A stretch of DNA of 64,000 bases from an uncultured Mollicutes bacterium (GCA_900540395.1 UQFQ01000005.1:956-64955), one strand, 5' to 3'. Numbered from the stretch's first letter, positions 7,567 to 18,394 are shown. Notes: generated by a model not told the origin, from the letters alone. Numbers and translations: made by a program.

Positions 7567-9402
7567 ATGGAAGATATTAATGTTATTGAAATGCGTCACA
7601 TTAGTAAGTCTTTTCCAGGCATAAAAGCCAATGATGATATTTCCTTGACTTTAAAGAAAGGTGAAATACACGCATTATTAGGCGAAAACGGTGCTGGTAA
7701 GTCAACATTAATGTCCATTCTATTCGGACTTTACGAACCAGATGAAGGCGAAATTTATGTAAATGGCGTAAAAAGCAAGATTAAAAACCCTAATGATGCC
7801 AATAGATTTAAGATTGGTATGGTTCATCAACATTTTAAACTTGTTGATTGCTATACTGCTTTGCAGAATATTATTTTAGGTTTTGAACCTGTAAAATACG
7901 GATTTTTAAGACCTAAAATAGTAAGACAAACGTTAGAAGATCTCTGCAAAAAATATAACTTCCATATTGACTTGGACGCAAAGATCGAAGACATGACTGT
8001 TGGCGAACAACAAAAAGTTGAAATTTTAAAAATGCTCTATCGAGATAATGAAATTTTGATTTTTGATGAGCCTACTGCTGTTTTGACTCCTCAAGAAATT
8101 GACGAGTTAATGCTTTCTATGAGAAATTTGGCAAAAGAAGGGAAGTCAATTCTTTTCATTTCTCATAAATTGAATGAGATTATGACAGTTTCCGATAGAG
8201 TTACCGTTTTACAACGCGGCAAATGTTTAGGAACTTTAATTACAAAGGATACTAATCCACAAGAACTTTCTAGATTGATGGTAGGAAGAGATGTTGAGCT
8301 AGTACTTGAAAAGGAACAAGCAAAACCTACTAAACCTATTTTGACTGTTAAGAATTTATCTATTTACAATATTGATAAGAAAAAAGAAGTTGTTCATAAT
8401 GTTTCCTTTAATGTAAGGGCTGGTGAGATTGTCTGTATTGCTGGTATCGAAGGTAATGGGCAAACAGATTTGATTTATGGAATCACCGGATTAGAAAAAG
8501 TTAAAGAAGGTGAAATCATTCTTCATAATGTTAATTCGCAAAGATATGTTGATACAGTATCTAAGCAAACGAAGGAAAACTGGTGGACAAAAACAAAGGA
8601 TTTTATAAATTACTGGTGTGGAATCGGCTGGTATAACGTTTCTTATTATGCTGGCTATGGATGGTATTTTGTAAAAAAAGGCTACAAATACACTATTAAT
8701 TTTATAAAAAATTTATTTAAGAAAGAAAAAGAAGAATTCTCATATGAGTCTTATCCTAAATATATAAAATTTGATGAAGTTAAAAACCAACCACTCATTG
8801 GCGATGTTCATTTAGAAAAGCTTTCTATACGAGATAGAAATAATAGGGGAATTTCTCATATTCCTGAAGATAGACATAAACATGGTTTAGTCCTTGATTT
8901 TAATTTGCGAGACAACCTTGTATTGAATGTTTATTTTAATAAGAGATTTCAAAAATTCGGCTTTATGACTAATAAAGAAAAAGAAAAATATGCTAATGAG
9001 TTAATTGGAAAATATGATATCAGAAGTGGCAAGGGCGCTTATTCAATTGTTAGAAGTATGAGCGGCGGAAATCAGCAAAAAGCAATTGTTGCGCGTGAAT
9101 TAGATAGAGATACGCCTTTACTTATTGCTGTACAGCCTACAAGAGGTTTAGATGTCGGTGCAATTGAAGCAATTCATAGAAACATTCTTTCTGCTCGTGA
9201 TAATGGTAATGCTGTCTTACTTGTTTCTTTAGAGTTAGATGAAGTAATGAACTTAGCTGATAGAATTTTGGTTATGTATAACGGCGAAATAGTTGGTCAA
9301 TTTGATCCAACTAAAGTTTCAACTAGCGAGCTTGGTCTTTATATGAGCGGTGCAAAAAAAGATGAAGTGAATGCAATTAAGGGCGAGGAGGACAACCAAT
9401 GA
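7567..9402 (+). CDS. ABC transporter ATP-binding protein with two fused NBDs (nucleoside/sugar importer type)
   Basis: 611 aa. Walker A GENGAGKST, signature-like LSGGNQQK region, Walker B ILIFDEPT and LLIAVQPTRGLD, IPEDR motif. Carries a W/Y-rich insertion of about 90 aa. Confidence 0.9.
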   Translation: MEDINVIEMRHISKSFPGIKANDDISLTLKKGEIHALLGENGAGKSTLMSILFGLYEPDEGEIYVNGVKSKIKNPNDANRFKIGMVHQHFKLVDCYTALQNIILGFEPVKYGFLRPKIVRQTLEDLCKKYNFHIDLDAKIEDMTVGEQQKVEILKMLYRDNEILIFDEPTAVLTPQEIDELMLSMRNLAKEGKSILFISHKLNEIMTVSDRVTVLQRGKCLGTLITKDTNPQELSRLMVGRDVELVLEKEQAKPTKPILTVKNLSIYNIDKKKEVVHNVSFNVRAGEIVCIAGIEGNGQTDLIYGITGLEKVKEGEIILHNVNSQRYVDTVSKQTKENWWTKTKDFINYWCGIGWYNVSYYAGYGWYFVKKGYKYTINFIKNLFKKEKEEFSYESYPKYIKFDEVKNQPLIGDVHLEKLSIRDRNNRGISHIPEDRHKHGLVLDFNLRDNLVLNVYFNKRFQKFGFMTNKEKEKYANELIGKYDIRSGKGAYSIVRSMSGGNQQKAIVARELDRDTPLLIAVQPTRGLDVGAIEAIHRNILSARDNGNAVLLVSLELDEVMNLADRILVMYNGEIVGQFDPTKVSTSELGLYMSGAKKDEVNAIKGEEDNQ

Positions 9403-10583
9403 ATAAGTTTTTAGAAGGTTTTAAAAAAGGTTTTAGACCTATAGCCATTTTTGCTCATAATATAAATAAAAAACCTGGATTTAAGTCATTTTTTGCAGGT
9501 TTAATTTCCGTTTTGCTAGGTCTTTTATGTGGATTCCTTGTTATGCTTATACTTTCGCCAGAGCATGCAGGTGCTGGTCTATGGACTCTTCTTTCAACCG
9601 GATTTTCTACTCCGCAATTGTTCGGTCGAGCTGTTTATCAAGCGACGCCAATGATATTGTCAGGTTTAGCGATAGCTTTTGCTTTTAAATTAAATTTATT
9701 TAATATTGGTATTACGGGACAGGTTACTATTGGGGCCTTTAGTTCTATATGTTGTGGTTTAGCGGGAGCCAATTGGTTTGTTTGCATGCTTGTTGGTGCT
9801 TTAACTGGAGCAGCCGCTGGTTTTATTCCTGGATTTTTAAAGGCTAAATTTAATGTCAACGAAGTATTATCTGGAATTATGCTTAATTGGATCATTTATT
9901 ACATCATTGGTCTTATCGGAAGATTAGCTTTGCCTGGTAGTTTTAAAGATGTGGCTACACCTTCTGAATTAAGAATGATTCCAGCCGATGCTAGAATGCC
10001 TTCATTAGGAATACCTAATATGGAGGGCATAAGTGTTGGCTTAATAATTGCAATTATTATTGTTATTGTTGTTTTCATTGTTTTAAATAAAACAACATTC
10101 GGTTTTGAACTTCAAATGGCTGGCAGAAATAAAGAAGCATCAAAATATGCTGGTGTTAGTCAAACAAAATCCACTATTTTGGCTTTAACTATTTCTGGTG
10201 CTTTAGCAGGATTGTGTGGCTATATGCTTTATGCTGAACCAGGTACACCTACAAAATTTGTTTGGGACTCTTCTGCAAATACATTATTAGCTGATGGATT
10301 TAATGGAATTTCTGTTAGCTTAATTGCTCAAAACAGTCCATTGGGTTGCATTTTCTCATCCTTACTTTTGACTTTAATTAGTGCTGCTCAAAACTCTTTA
10401 AAAACGGTATCAGATGGTGCATACAATATTCACTATACTGAGCTCATTAAAAATGTTGTTATTTATCTTGCAGCTTTATCATCATTCTTTATCTATTTGA
10501 TGAATAAAATTAATGCTAGAAACGAAAATATTCCTTATTTTAATAGGGATAAAAAGTTGATCGAAAATAAGGGGGTGAAGTAA
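9399..10583 (+). CDS. ABC importer permease (nucleoside/sugar type, YufP/NupB-like)
   Basis: 394 aa polytopic membrane protein. ATGA overlap with the ATPase gene, with a GAGGAGG SD. Confidence 0.85.
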   Translation: MNKFLEGFKKGFRPIAIFAHNINKKPGFKSFFAGLISVLLGLLCGFLVMLILSPEHAGAGLWTLLSTGFSTPQLFGRAVYQATPMILSGLAIAFAFKLNLFNIGITGQVTIGAFSSICCGLAGANWFVCMLVGALTGAAAGFIPGFLKAKFNVNEVLSGIMLNWIIYYIIGLIGRLALPGSFKDVATPSELRMIPADARMPSLGIPNMEGISVGLIIAIIIVIVVFIVLNKTTFGFELQMAGRNKEASKYAGVSQTKSTILALTISGALAGLCGYMLYAEPGTPTKFVWDSSANTLLADGFNGISVSLIAQNSPLGCIFSSLLLTLISAAQNSLKTVSDGAYNIHYTELIKNVVIYLAALSSFFIYLMNKINARNENIPYFNRDKKLIENKGVK

Positions 10584-10584
10584 T

Positions 10585-11610
10585 ATGTTTTCTCCATCAG
10601 ACTTTGGCGATTTCTTTAAATATTTAATAATGTACGTTATAGGATTTGTATTAGGGTCTTATGGCGGATTATTCTCTGAAAGTGCAGGCATTATCAATAT
10701 TGCTCTTGAGGGCTCAATGGTCTTTGGGGCTTTTGCAGGAATTATCTTTTTACAAGGGATGAATACTTGGTGTGCTGGCTCGATGCTTGTTACGACAGCA
10801 GGTGGACTAGTCATCGTTTATCTTTTGGCAGTATTAATTGCTATTCTTGCTGGTATATTATTCTCATTCTTATTATCGTTTGTCTCTATAAAGCTTAAAG
10901 CAGATCAAACTGTTGTTGGAACTGCTTTAAACTCACTTGCAATTGCTATTTGTACTATTTTTAATACATCAATTACTGGTATTGATTCAAGTGAAGTTGC
11001 CAATAATATTTTCTCAAATGTTTTATCGGTTAATGTCGGAACAGATGGTTTTGCTCAGTTTATTAATCACGCTTTCTCAGGATTAAACATTTCAGTTCTT
11101 GTTGGTTTGTTGACAATTGTTGTCTTATGGCTAGTTATGAATAAAATGAGATTTGGCTTAAGATTAAGAGCTTGTGGTGAAAATCCAGCAGCCGCCGATA
11201 GTGTTGGTATTAATGTTTATAAAATGAGATATATGGGTACTGCTATTGGTAGTGCAGCTGCGGCTTTATCTGGATTTGTTATCTTTTCTTGCATGCCAAT
11301 TGGAACTTGGCAAATCAGCGCCTTAGGATATGGTTTCTTGGTTTTAGCTATTGAAATTTTCGGAAACTGGAAAGCTACAAGCATTATATTCTGTTCATTA
11401 TTTTTCGCATTATTCTTCTCATTTGCTCCTACATTCTCGGCAAGTATTTCTAACCATCCAGAGTGGGGCTTAAATAAAAGTATATTTGGACAAAGAGCGT
11501 TTTATTATTTATTGCCTTATTTCCTTGCTTTGCTTACGCTCGTTATCTTCTCCAAAAAATCGAGGGCTCCAAAAGCGGAAGGTATACCATACGACAAGTC
11601 TAGCCGATAA
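10585..11610 (+). CDS. ABC importer permease (YufQ/NupC-like)
   Basis: 341 aa polytopic membrane protein. AAGGGGGTGAAG SD. Starts 1 nt after the previous stop. Confidence 0.85.
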   Translation: MFSPSDFGDFFKYLIMYVIGFVLGSYGGLFSESAGIINIALEGSMVFGAFAGIIFLQGMNTWCAGSMLVTTAGGLVIVYLLAVLIAILAGILFSFLLSFVSIKLKADQTVVGTALNSLAIAICTIFNTSITGIDSSEVANNIFSNVLSVNVGTDGFAQFINHAFSGLNISVLVGLLTIVVLWLVMNKMRFGLRLRACGENPAAADSVGINVYKMRYMGTAIGSAAAALSGFVIFSCMPIGTWQISALGYGFLVLAIEIFGNWKATSIIFCSLFFALFFSFAPTFSASISNHPEWGLNKSIFGQRAFYYLLPYFLALLTLVIFSKKSRAPKAEGIPYDKSSR

Positions 11611-11629
11611 TAATCGAATTGTTTTGAAA

Positions 11630-11658
11630 ATGTCTTACCAATAAGGTAAGATATTTTC
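11630..11658 (+). terminator. Intrinsic terminator directly upstream of the prs SD
   Basis: ATGTCTTACC/GGTAAGATAT 10-bp stem (one G.U pair), AATAA loop, then TTTT. Confidence 0.55.
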
Positions 11659-11678
11659 GCTTATTAAAGGAGTCTAGC

Positions 11679-12653
11679 ATGATAAAAGATATTTTAGTTT
11701 TCTCATTAACTTCTAATGTTGCGTTAACAAAAAGTGTCTGTGCTTTGCTTGGCATAGAAGCAAGTAAGAGTGAGGTGCACCATTTTGCCGATGGCGAATG
11801 TCTTGCGACATCTCTTGCTGATGTTAGAGGTAAAAAAGTTTATATTATTCAATCGACCTGTAAACCAGTCAATGATCGAATCATGGAAACTTTGATTTTT
11901 ATTGATGGTGTTAAAAGAGCAAATTGCCGTGAAGTAACGGTTATCATGCCTTATTATGGGTATGCTAGACAAGATAGAATTGCTCATATTAATGAGCCAA
12001 TTAGTGCAAAACTTGTAGCAGATTTATTTACAAATGCTGGTGTTAAAAGAGTATTAACTGTTGAACTACACACTCCACAAATTCAAGGTTTCTTTGGTGT
12101 CCCAGTTGATAATCTCTCACCATCATATTTATTTGCAAAATACATTAATAATAAATACGATACTTCAAATCCTGCAGTAAAAAATACAATTGCAATTGTT
12201 GCTCCAGATCATGGTGCAATGCATAGAGCTAGAGATTTATCTAATTTTATTCCTCATACATCAATTGTTGTTATTGATAAGAGAAGACCTAAACCAAATG
12301 TTGCCGAAATTACTAACGTTGTTGGTGACATTGAAGATAAAGTTTGTATTATGGTTGATGATATTATTGATACAGGCGGTACAATTTTGGCCGGTGCAAA
12401 AGCTTTAAAAGATAAAGGTGCAAAAGAAGTTGTGATTTGTTGTTCACACGCTTTATTTAATGGTAATGCATTAGAGAAATTTGAAAATTGTGACTATATT
12501 AAAGAAGTTATTACTACAGATACGATTGAACATCCTGAATTTGCTGGAAGTAAGAGAATTACAGTAATTTCAATTGCTGAAATGATTGCTGATTGTATTA
12601 GATCACATGAATCTCACGAAAAGATTAAAGATCAATACGCAAGATTCCATTAA
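11679..12653 (+). CDS. prs: Ribose-phosphate pyrophosphokinase (PRPP synthetase)
   Basis: 324 aa. MPYYGYARQDR and the PRPP-binding loop MVDDIIDTGGT. Confidence 0.92.
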   Translation: MIKDILVFSLTSNVALTKSVCALLGIEASKSEVHHFADGECLATSLADVRGKKVYIIQSTCKPVNDRIMETLIFIDGVKRANCREVTVIMPYYGYARQDRIAHINEPISAKLVADLFTNAGVKRVLTVELHTPQIQGFFGVPVDNLSPSYLFAKYINNKYDTSNPAVKNTIAIVAPDHGAMHRARDLSNFIPHTSIVVIDKRRPKPNVAEITNVVGDIEDKVCIMVDDIIDTGGTILAGAKALKDKGAKEVVICCSHALFNGNALEKFENCDYIKEVITTDTIEHPEFAGSKRITVISIAEMIADCIRSHESHEKIKDQYARFH

Positions 12654-12691
12654 TTAAACTCTTTACTAAAAAATAAATTTACTATAAAAAT

Positions 12692-12735
12692 AGTTAAGAT
12701 TTGAAAGTTTATCATTTCATTCTTAACTTATTTTT
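12692..12735 (+). terminator. Possible terminator after prs
   Basis: AGTTAAGA/TCTTAACT 8-bp stem followed by TATTTTT. The 21-nt loop lowers confidence. Confidence 0.4.
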
Positions 12736-12755
12736 AAATATATGATTGATATATT

Positions 12756-14651
12756 ATGGCTTTAATATCCTTTTCAAATGTAACAAAATACTATTCCTTA
12801 AATTTGATTTTAGATCACGTCACATTTCAAATTAATAAGGGCGAAAAAGTCGCTTTAGTAGGTTCTAACGGAGCTGGTAAAACGACTCTTTTTAAACTTA
12901 TTTTAAAAGAGGAAGAGCCTACATTAGTACCAAAGGAAGACAAAGTTGGAGATATATCGATATTAAGTGGAACTAGAATTGGTTATCTAAATCAAGATGC
13001 AATTAGTGACATAAATAATACTGTTTATGAAGAGCTAGAAATACCTTTTAAACCACTTAAGGAAAAGTTAAATAAATTTAATGAACTCACTACAAAACTT
13101 AACGAGAACACAACTGAAGAAGAATTAAATCGTTATAATGAATTGCTAGATGAGTTAACAAGTGAAGGTGCTTTTAATATAAAAAATAAGATAGGTGAAT
13201 ATTTATCACGTTTTAAATTTCCAGAATCCCTACTTAATGAAAAGATCAAGTCTTTAAGTGGTGGAGAAAGGATGAAAATTGCCTTTATTAAGCTACTTTT
13301 AGTGGACTATGATTTATTGCTTTTAGATGAACCTACTAATCACCTTGATATTTCAACCATTGAATGGCTTGAAAATTATTTAAAAGATTATCGTGGAACT
13401 ATCTTGTTTATATCTCACGATAGATATTTTTTAAATACTTTAGCCACTAAGATTTTAGATTTAGAAAATCATAAAATCGATACATATAACATGAGTTATG
13501 ATAGCTATCTAAAGGAAAAAGAAATTAAATATCAAAACCTTCTTGCTCAATATGAAAAAGAAGAGGAAGAGATGGAAAGACTTAAAAAGTTTATCGAATT
13601 TTATATGCCAAAACCAAGATTTGTTGGTCGAGCTAAAGACAGAGTTCATAAACTTGAGAAATTAGAAGCTAACCATATTCAAAAACCAACTAAAGAAAAC
13701 AGAAATATAAAGATAAAATTAGAAGGTAATAATCTTAAAAACAAAGGAATAATTAGTTTTGAAAACGTATCAGCTGGCTATGACTCAGCTTTATTTCCAC
13801 CATTTTCTTTTACGCTTTATGGTAAAGACCATTTAGCCATAATTGGTGATAATGGGATTGGCAAAACGACTCTTGTTAAATCAATTTTGCACGATTTACC
13901 TTTGATTTGCGGGGAAATTCGTTATTTACGTGACTTAAAAATTGGATATATCAAGCAAAATGATTATGAATTTGTATCTAAAGATACTTGTTTAGATTAT
14001 CTTAAAAAGAAGTATCCAGCAAAGCTGGAAAGAGAATTAAGAACAGCATTAGGTCGCTTCCTTTTTAGAAAAGAAGATGTGTTTAAAAACTGTACGCTTT
14101 TATCTAATGGAGAAAGAATGCGTTTAGTTTTATGTGATCTTTCTTTATCTGAATATGATGTTCTTATTCTTGATGAGCCTACAAACCATCTTGATTTAGT
14201 TACTAAAGAATGTCTTTTAAGTGCACTAAAAGAATATAAAGGAGCTATTATTTTTATATCTCACGATCGTTATTTTATTAATTCATTAGCTGATTATGTT
14301 TTATATCTTTCTCGAGATAAAAGCATTATTAATGAAGGCAGTTATGATGATCTTAAGGCTTTACTTGATGAAACAAACCAAATTAATGATGAAAAAATAA
14401 GTAATCAAGCTCAAACAAGTGAAAAGAAAAACTTAGTTTATGATAAATTAGAGAAAAAAGAAAAATTATCTAATAACAAAATTAATGAATTAAAAAATAA
14501 AGCTAAAGAAATAGAAGAAGAACTTATTTTTCTTGATGAAGAACTCTCACAAGATTTTGAAGATTATAAAAAGATTGATGAATTAAGTGATAGAAAAAGT
14601 GAACTAGAATCTGAATATTTTAAAATCATGGAAATTCTTGAAAATAATTAG
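12756..14651 (+). CDS. ABC-F family ATPase (two NBDs, no TMD, C-terminal coiled coil)
   Basis: 631 aa. GSNGAGKTT and GDNGIGKTT Walker A motifs, LSGGERMK and LSNGERMR signatures, an inter-domain linker, and a K/E-rich tail. Confidence 0.85.
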   Translation: MALISFSNVTKYYSLNLILDHVTFQINKGEKVALVGSNGAGKTTLFKLILKEEEPTLVPKEDKVGDISILSGTRIGYLNQDAISDINNTVYEELEIPFKPLKEKLNKFNELTTKLNENTTEEELNRYNELLDELTSEGAFNIKNKIGEYLSRFKFPESLLNEKIKSLSGGERMKIAFIKLLLVDYDLLLLDEPTNHLDISTIEWLENYLKDYRGTILFISHDRYFLNTLATKILDLENHKIDTYNMSYDSYLKEKEIKYQNLLAQYEKEEEEMERLKKFIEFYMPKPRFVGRAKDRVHKLEKLEANHIQKPTKENRNIKIKLEGNNLKNKGIISFENVSAGYDSALFPPFSFTLYGKDHLAIIGDNGIGKTTLVKSILHDLPLICGEIRYLRDLKIGYIKQNDYEFVSKDTCLDYLKKKYPAKLERELRTALGRFLFRKEDVFKNCTLLSNGERMRLVLCDLSLSEYDVLILDEPTNHLDLVTKECLLSALKEYKGAIIFISHDRYFINSLADYVLYLSRDKSIINEGSYDDLKALLDETNQINDEKISNQAQTSEKKNLVYDKLEKKEKLSNNKINELKNKAKEIEEELIFLDEELSQDFEDYKKIDELSDRKSELESEYFKIMEILENN

Positions 14652-14703
14652 CTTTTGCAGGTTTATACAATTAAATATATCTATTTTAAGGAATTATTTG
14701 TAT

Positions 14704-14731
14704 AAAAAAAGAGGGCACGCCCTCTTTTTTT
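14704..14731. terminator. Bidirectional intrinsic terminator
   Basis: AAAAAAAGAGGG-CACG-CCCTCTTTTTTT, between convergent genes. Confidence 0.75.
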
Positions 14732-14745
14732 AAAATATTTATATC

Positions 14746-15942
14746 TTAAATTAATTTAATACCAACGCTTTCAAAGTATTTAACAAGAGCCTCTTTGTGG
14801 TGGCCAAGAATGATTAATTCATGGTTTCCTAAAGGTGTTTTTAAAATCTTATCAAGCTCTGGGAAATTGCAAACGATTTGTGTACGACAAAGTTTGTTTT
14901 CGTATTGATTGTTTTTGATAGTTCCTTCTTCTACAAAACATTCAGTTAAAGCTGAATTTAATCTGAAAATTGTGGCATTGCCTTCTTTAACTTCGCCATG
15001 AATTCCAACACCAATACCAGATTCATAGTGTGTATCTAAAACAAATGATTTACAAATGTTACAAGGAATTGTGCAATGAGCTAATAAAATTTCATTATTT
15101 TTGGTGTCAATACGTGAAGGATTGCATTGGAAAGCAGCTTCTTTTAATAATTTTTGTGCAACATACATTCCAAGCATTGAAGGAACGTCGCCTTCACAAG
15201 TTGCAATAATGCCTTCATCATTAAAATGAGACAAAGCTAAACATGCGGTAGTTTTAAGAGTGCCTAATAAGTCGAAGCAACGAATTGTGAAACCACTTAG
15301 ATTATATTTTTTAACTAAAACTTTTATTGCATTGTATAAGCGTTCGGCTTTAGAAACTTCTTTTGGATCAAACTTCTTATTTTTTAAAGAATCATAGATT
15401 TCAAATGAACTTAATTTATTGTATTCGTCAATTAATTCTTGAATTGGGATATAAACTAAGTTGACATCAAATTTTTCTAAAGCTGTTTTTGGATCAACAT
15501 CAGAAGAAATAAGCCAATCAGATGAACGACCTATTAAACCAAGATTAGCTGATCCTTTTTTAGTTGGCTGAATAGGAGCTAAAGCTTTAATTCTAGAGCG
15601 GATATAGTCGGTATCACCATGTAAAACTTCGCCTTTTAAGTTGTGATTTTTTAAGAAAGCCAAAATTTCAAGTGAAGCAGCAAGTGAATTATTAACACCA
15701 TATGTTAATAAATAATATGGCCCTTTAAATTGAGCGAAATTTTTAATAAATAAGTTTTCGCTTCCACCAGATTGCACCAAGATTAATACAAGGTCACTAT
15801 TTTCATAAAGTTTGCTTGCATCATTTTCAATAGCAATAGATAAATTTTCATCTTCAAGTGAATGAATTAAAGCACTTGTTGACTCATTTAAAACGTTTTG
15901 ATTGTGAAGTTGTGATTGAATTGGGTAAATCTTAACTTTCAT
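14746..15942 (-). CDS. Hypothetical protein, tentatively FucI/AraA-like sugar isomerase superfamily
   Basis: 398 aa. The ORF is clearly coding. The family call rests only on remembered similarity of the C-terminal half (CNPSRID...LAHC...THYESGIG) to L-fucose/arabinose-isomerase-like proteins. Confidence 0.45.
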   Translation of the reverse strand: MKVKIYPIQSQLHNQNVLNESTSALIHSLEDENLSIAIENDASKLYENSDLVLILVQSGGSENLFIKNFAQFKGPYYLLTYGVNNSLAASLEILAFLKNHNLKGEVLHGDTDYIRSRIKALAPIQPTKKGSANLGLIGRSSDWLISSDVDPKTALEKFDVNLVYIPIQELIDEYNKLSSFEIYDSLKNKKFDPKEVSKAERLYNAIKVLVKKYNLSGFTIRCFDLLGTLKTTACLALSHFNDEGIIATCEGDVPSMLGMYVAQKLLKEAAFQCNPSRIDTKNNEILLAHCTIPCNICKSFVLDTHYESGIGVGIHGEVKEGNATIFRLNSALTECFVEEGTIKNNQYENKLCRTQIVCNFPELDKILKTPLGNHELIILGHHKEALVKYFESVGIKLI

Positions 15943-16132
15943 AAAATTCTCCTTTGACGTAGAAATTTTAAACTTTTTGAGGCTTGTTTGCTATTGGAAG
16001 TTTGTTAATTTTTTATTAAGAATTTAAAAATATAAATTTGTATTAAAAATACCATTGTTTTCGCAATTTTCATTTTCTTTTAGTGTGTCATTCTAGGTTA
16101 TAATAAATATAAAGATTTAGGAGAATTTAACA

Positions 16133-18394
16133 ATGGATTACGAAAAGGAAATTAACAGTCTTCTCGCAAGTTACGATTCCTGGTGGGATAAAGGATTCGA
16201 AACTCCAAAGATGAGTAATAAATTTTATCCTTACACTTCCATTTTTACACCACTTAAAATTAATAACTGTGTTGTTAAAAATAGAATTGTAATGGCACCA
16301 ATGGGTAACATTGATATGGCGGAAGAAACAGGGCGACCAAATCAAATGATGCTCAAATACTTTGAAGCTAGAGCAAGAGGCGGAGTAGGACTTATTACTA
16401 CTGGTTTAGTTCCTGTAAGTTATGGAATTGACAAATCACTTATTGAATTAGGTGATTTAACTTATTTTCCTCGAATTGATCGTTCAAGAACTGTTTATCC
16501 TGGTTGGCGTGATTTGGCTATGCTTTGTCATGCTCATGATTCTAAGATTTTTGTTCAACTTACTCCAGGACTTGGCAGAGTTGGAAATCCTCAATGTTTA
16601 ATTACGCAACATTCATTTCCACGTTCAGCTTCTTTCAATCCAAACTGGTATATGAGTGCAGTGCCTTGCTTAAGGTTATCTGATAGATCACTTAAAAAAA
16701 TTATTAAAAAAATAGGACAAGCCAGCGCTGATGCTAAAGCTTGTAATTTAGATGGTGTTTATTTACATGGTCATGAAGGATATTTATTAGAACAAGTTTC
16801 AAATAGTGCTTTTAACCATCGTAAATTAGGAAGATATGCAAATAAAGAAAATTTTGCTTGTGATATGGTTAAAGAAATTCGTAAAAGAGTTGGACCAGAT
16901 TATCCAATTATGTATCGAATTGATTTAACTTTGGCTTTAAACGCAACATATAAAGATAAAATGAGAAATGTTAAACCACTTAAACGTTTCAGAAAAGAAA
17001 GAATGGTTCATGAAACTTTGCGTTTTATGGAACATTTGGTTCAAGCTGGTGTTGATATTTTTGATGTTGATATGGGCTGCTATGATAACTGGTTTTTACC
17101 ACATCCACCAAGCAGTATGCCAAGTGGGTGCTTCTTAAAACTTTCAGAATTAGTTAAAGCTTATTTTAAAGCAAAAGGCATCAAAACTAATAAAGGTCAA
17201 GAAGTGCCAATTGTTGGAGTTGGTAAACTCGGTTATCCTGATTTAGCTGAAGAGGCTTTAAGAGAAAATAAGTGTGACATGGTAATGCTTGGTAGACCAC
17301 TTTTAGCTGATCCTGATTGGGTTAATAAAGCTTTTACTGGTAATGTAATGAGTATTAGACCATGTATTGGTTGCCAAGAAGGCTGCTTAAACGAGTTCGT
17401 TGAAGGCGGCCATCCACAATGTGCTGTTAATCCATTAACAGCTTTTGAATTCGAATTTCCAAATGAAGTCACGGAAGCTGAAAAGAAGAAAAATTGTCTT
17501 GTTATTGGTGGTGGACCAAGTGGAATAATGATGGCTAAAACTTTATTAAGAAGAGGCCACACAGTTACTCTTGCTGAAAAAGAAAACTACATTGGCGGTC
17601 AAGTTAATGAAGCAAGCATAGCAAAAATTAAGTATGAGATGAAAAATTACTTATTATATATGGCTCATGAAGTAGCTGAAATGAATAAAAATCCTAATTT
17701 CAAGTTACTTATTGGAACTACCATCAAAGCAGAAGATGTTGTAAATAAATATGATGTTATTGTTACAGCAACAGGAGCAAAAGAATTTAAACCAAACATA
17801 CCAGGTATCGATAAAGCTAATGTATTTTTAGCCGATGAAATTTTCAATAATCCTGCAAAACTCAATGATTTTAATAATATTGTTGTTGCAGGTGGCGGTA
17901 TGGTTGGATGTGAAATGGCTTACTATTTACGCTACGAACATAATAAAAATGTAACAGTAATTGAAATGGATAAACATTTCATGAACCATATGTGCACTGC
18001 AAATAGATCACATATAATTCATTATCTTGATGAAGGGAAAGTTAAACTTTTAAATATGACCAAGCTTTTAGAAATAAAAGATGGTTCTATTAAAGTCAGT
18101 GTTAACACATCTAAGAATAAGCCAAATCCATATGTTGCTTGGGCGCCTATTCTTCCTGAAAATATTGAAAATCCAATTGATAAATTAAAACCAATTAAAG
18201 ATACATGGAAGGAAGAAGAGATCAAAACTGATGCAGTTGTAATTGCATTAGGTTCAAAAAGCGAAACAAGTTTATATGATGAACTTGTGAAATTAAATGC
18301 AGCAAAAGAAATTTATAAAGTTGGCGATGCAATCAAACCAGCAAGAGTTTGGGAAGCAACACGCTCAGCATTTAGAAAAGGGGTCAGAATTTAA
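16133..18394 (+). CDS. OYE-family NADH:flavin oxidoreductase fused to an FAD/NAD(P)-binding domain (2,4-dienoyl-CoA reductase / 2-enoate reductase architecture)
   Basis: 753 aa. N-terminal FTPLKINNCVVKNRIVMAPMG TIM-barrel motif, the Cys cluster CIGCQEGC, then VIGGGPSG and VAGGGMVG dinucleotide folds. Confidence 0.8.
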   Translation: MDYEKEINSLLASYDSWWDKGFETPKMSNKFYPYTSIFTPLKINNCVVKNRIVMAPMGNIDMAEETGRPNQMMLKYFEARARGGVGLITTGLVPVSYGIDKSLIELGDLTYFPRIDRSRTVYPGWRDLAMLCHAHDSKIFVQLTPGLGRVGNPQCLITQHSFPRSASFNPNWYMSAVPCLRLSDRSLKKIIKKIGQASADAKACNLDGVYLHGHEGYLLEQVSNSAFNHRKLGRYANKENFACDMVKEIRKRVGPDYPIMYRIDLTLALNATYKDKMRNVKPLKRFRKERMVHETLRFMEHLVQAGVDIFDVDMGCYDNWFLPHPPSSMPSGCFLKLSELVKAYFKAKGIKTNKGQEVPIVGVGKLGYPDLAEEALRENKCDMVMLGRPLLADPDWVNKAFTGNVMSIRPCIGCQEGCLNEFVEGGHPQCAVNPLTAFEFEFPNEVTEAEKKKNCLVIGGGPSGIMMAKTLLRRGHTVTLAEKENYIGGQVNEASIAKIKYEMKNYLLYMAHEVAEMNKNPNFKLLIGTTIKAEDVVNKYDVIVTATGAKEFKPNIPGIDKANVFLADEIFNNPAKLNDFNNIVVAGGGMVGCEMAYYLRYEHNKNVTVIEMDKHFMNHMCTANRSHIIHYLDEGKVKLLNMTKLLEIKDGSIKVSVNTSKNKPNPYVAWAPILPENIENPIDKLKPIKDTWKEEEIKTDAVVIALGSKSETSLYDELVKLNAAKEIYKVGDAIKPARVWEATRSAFRKGVRI

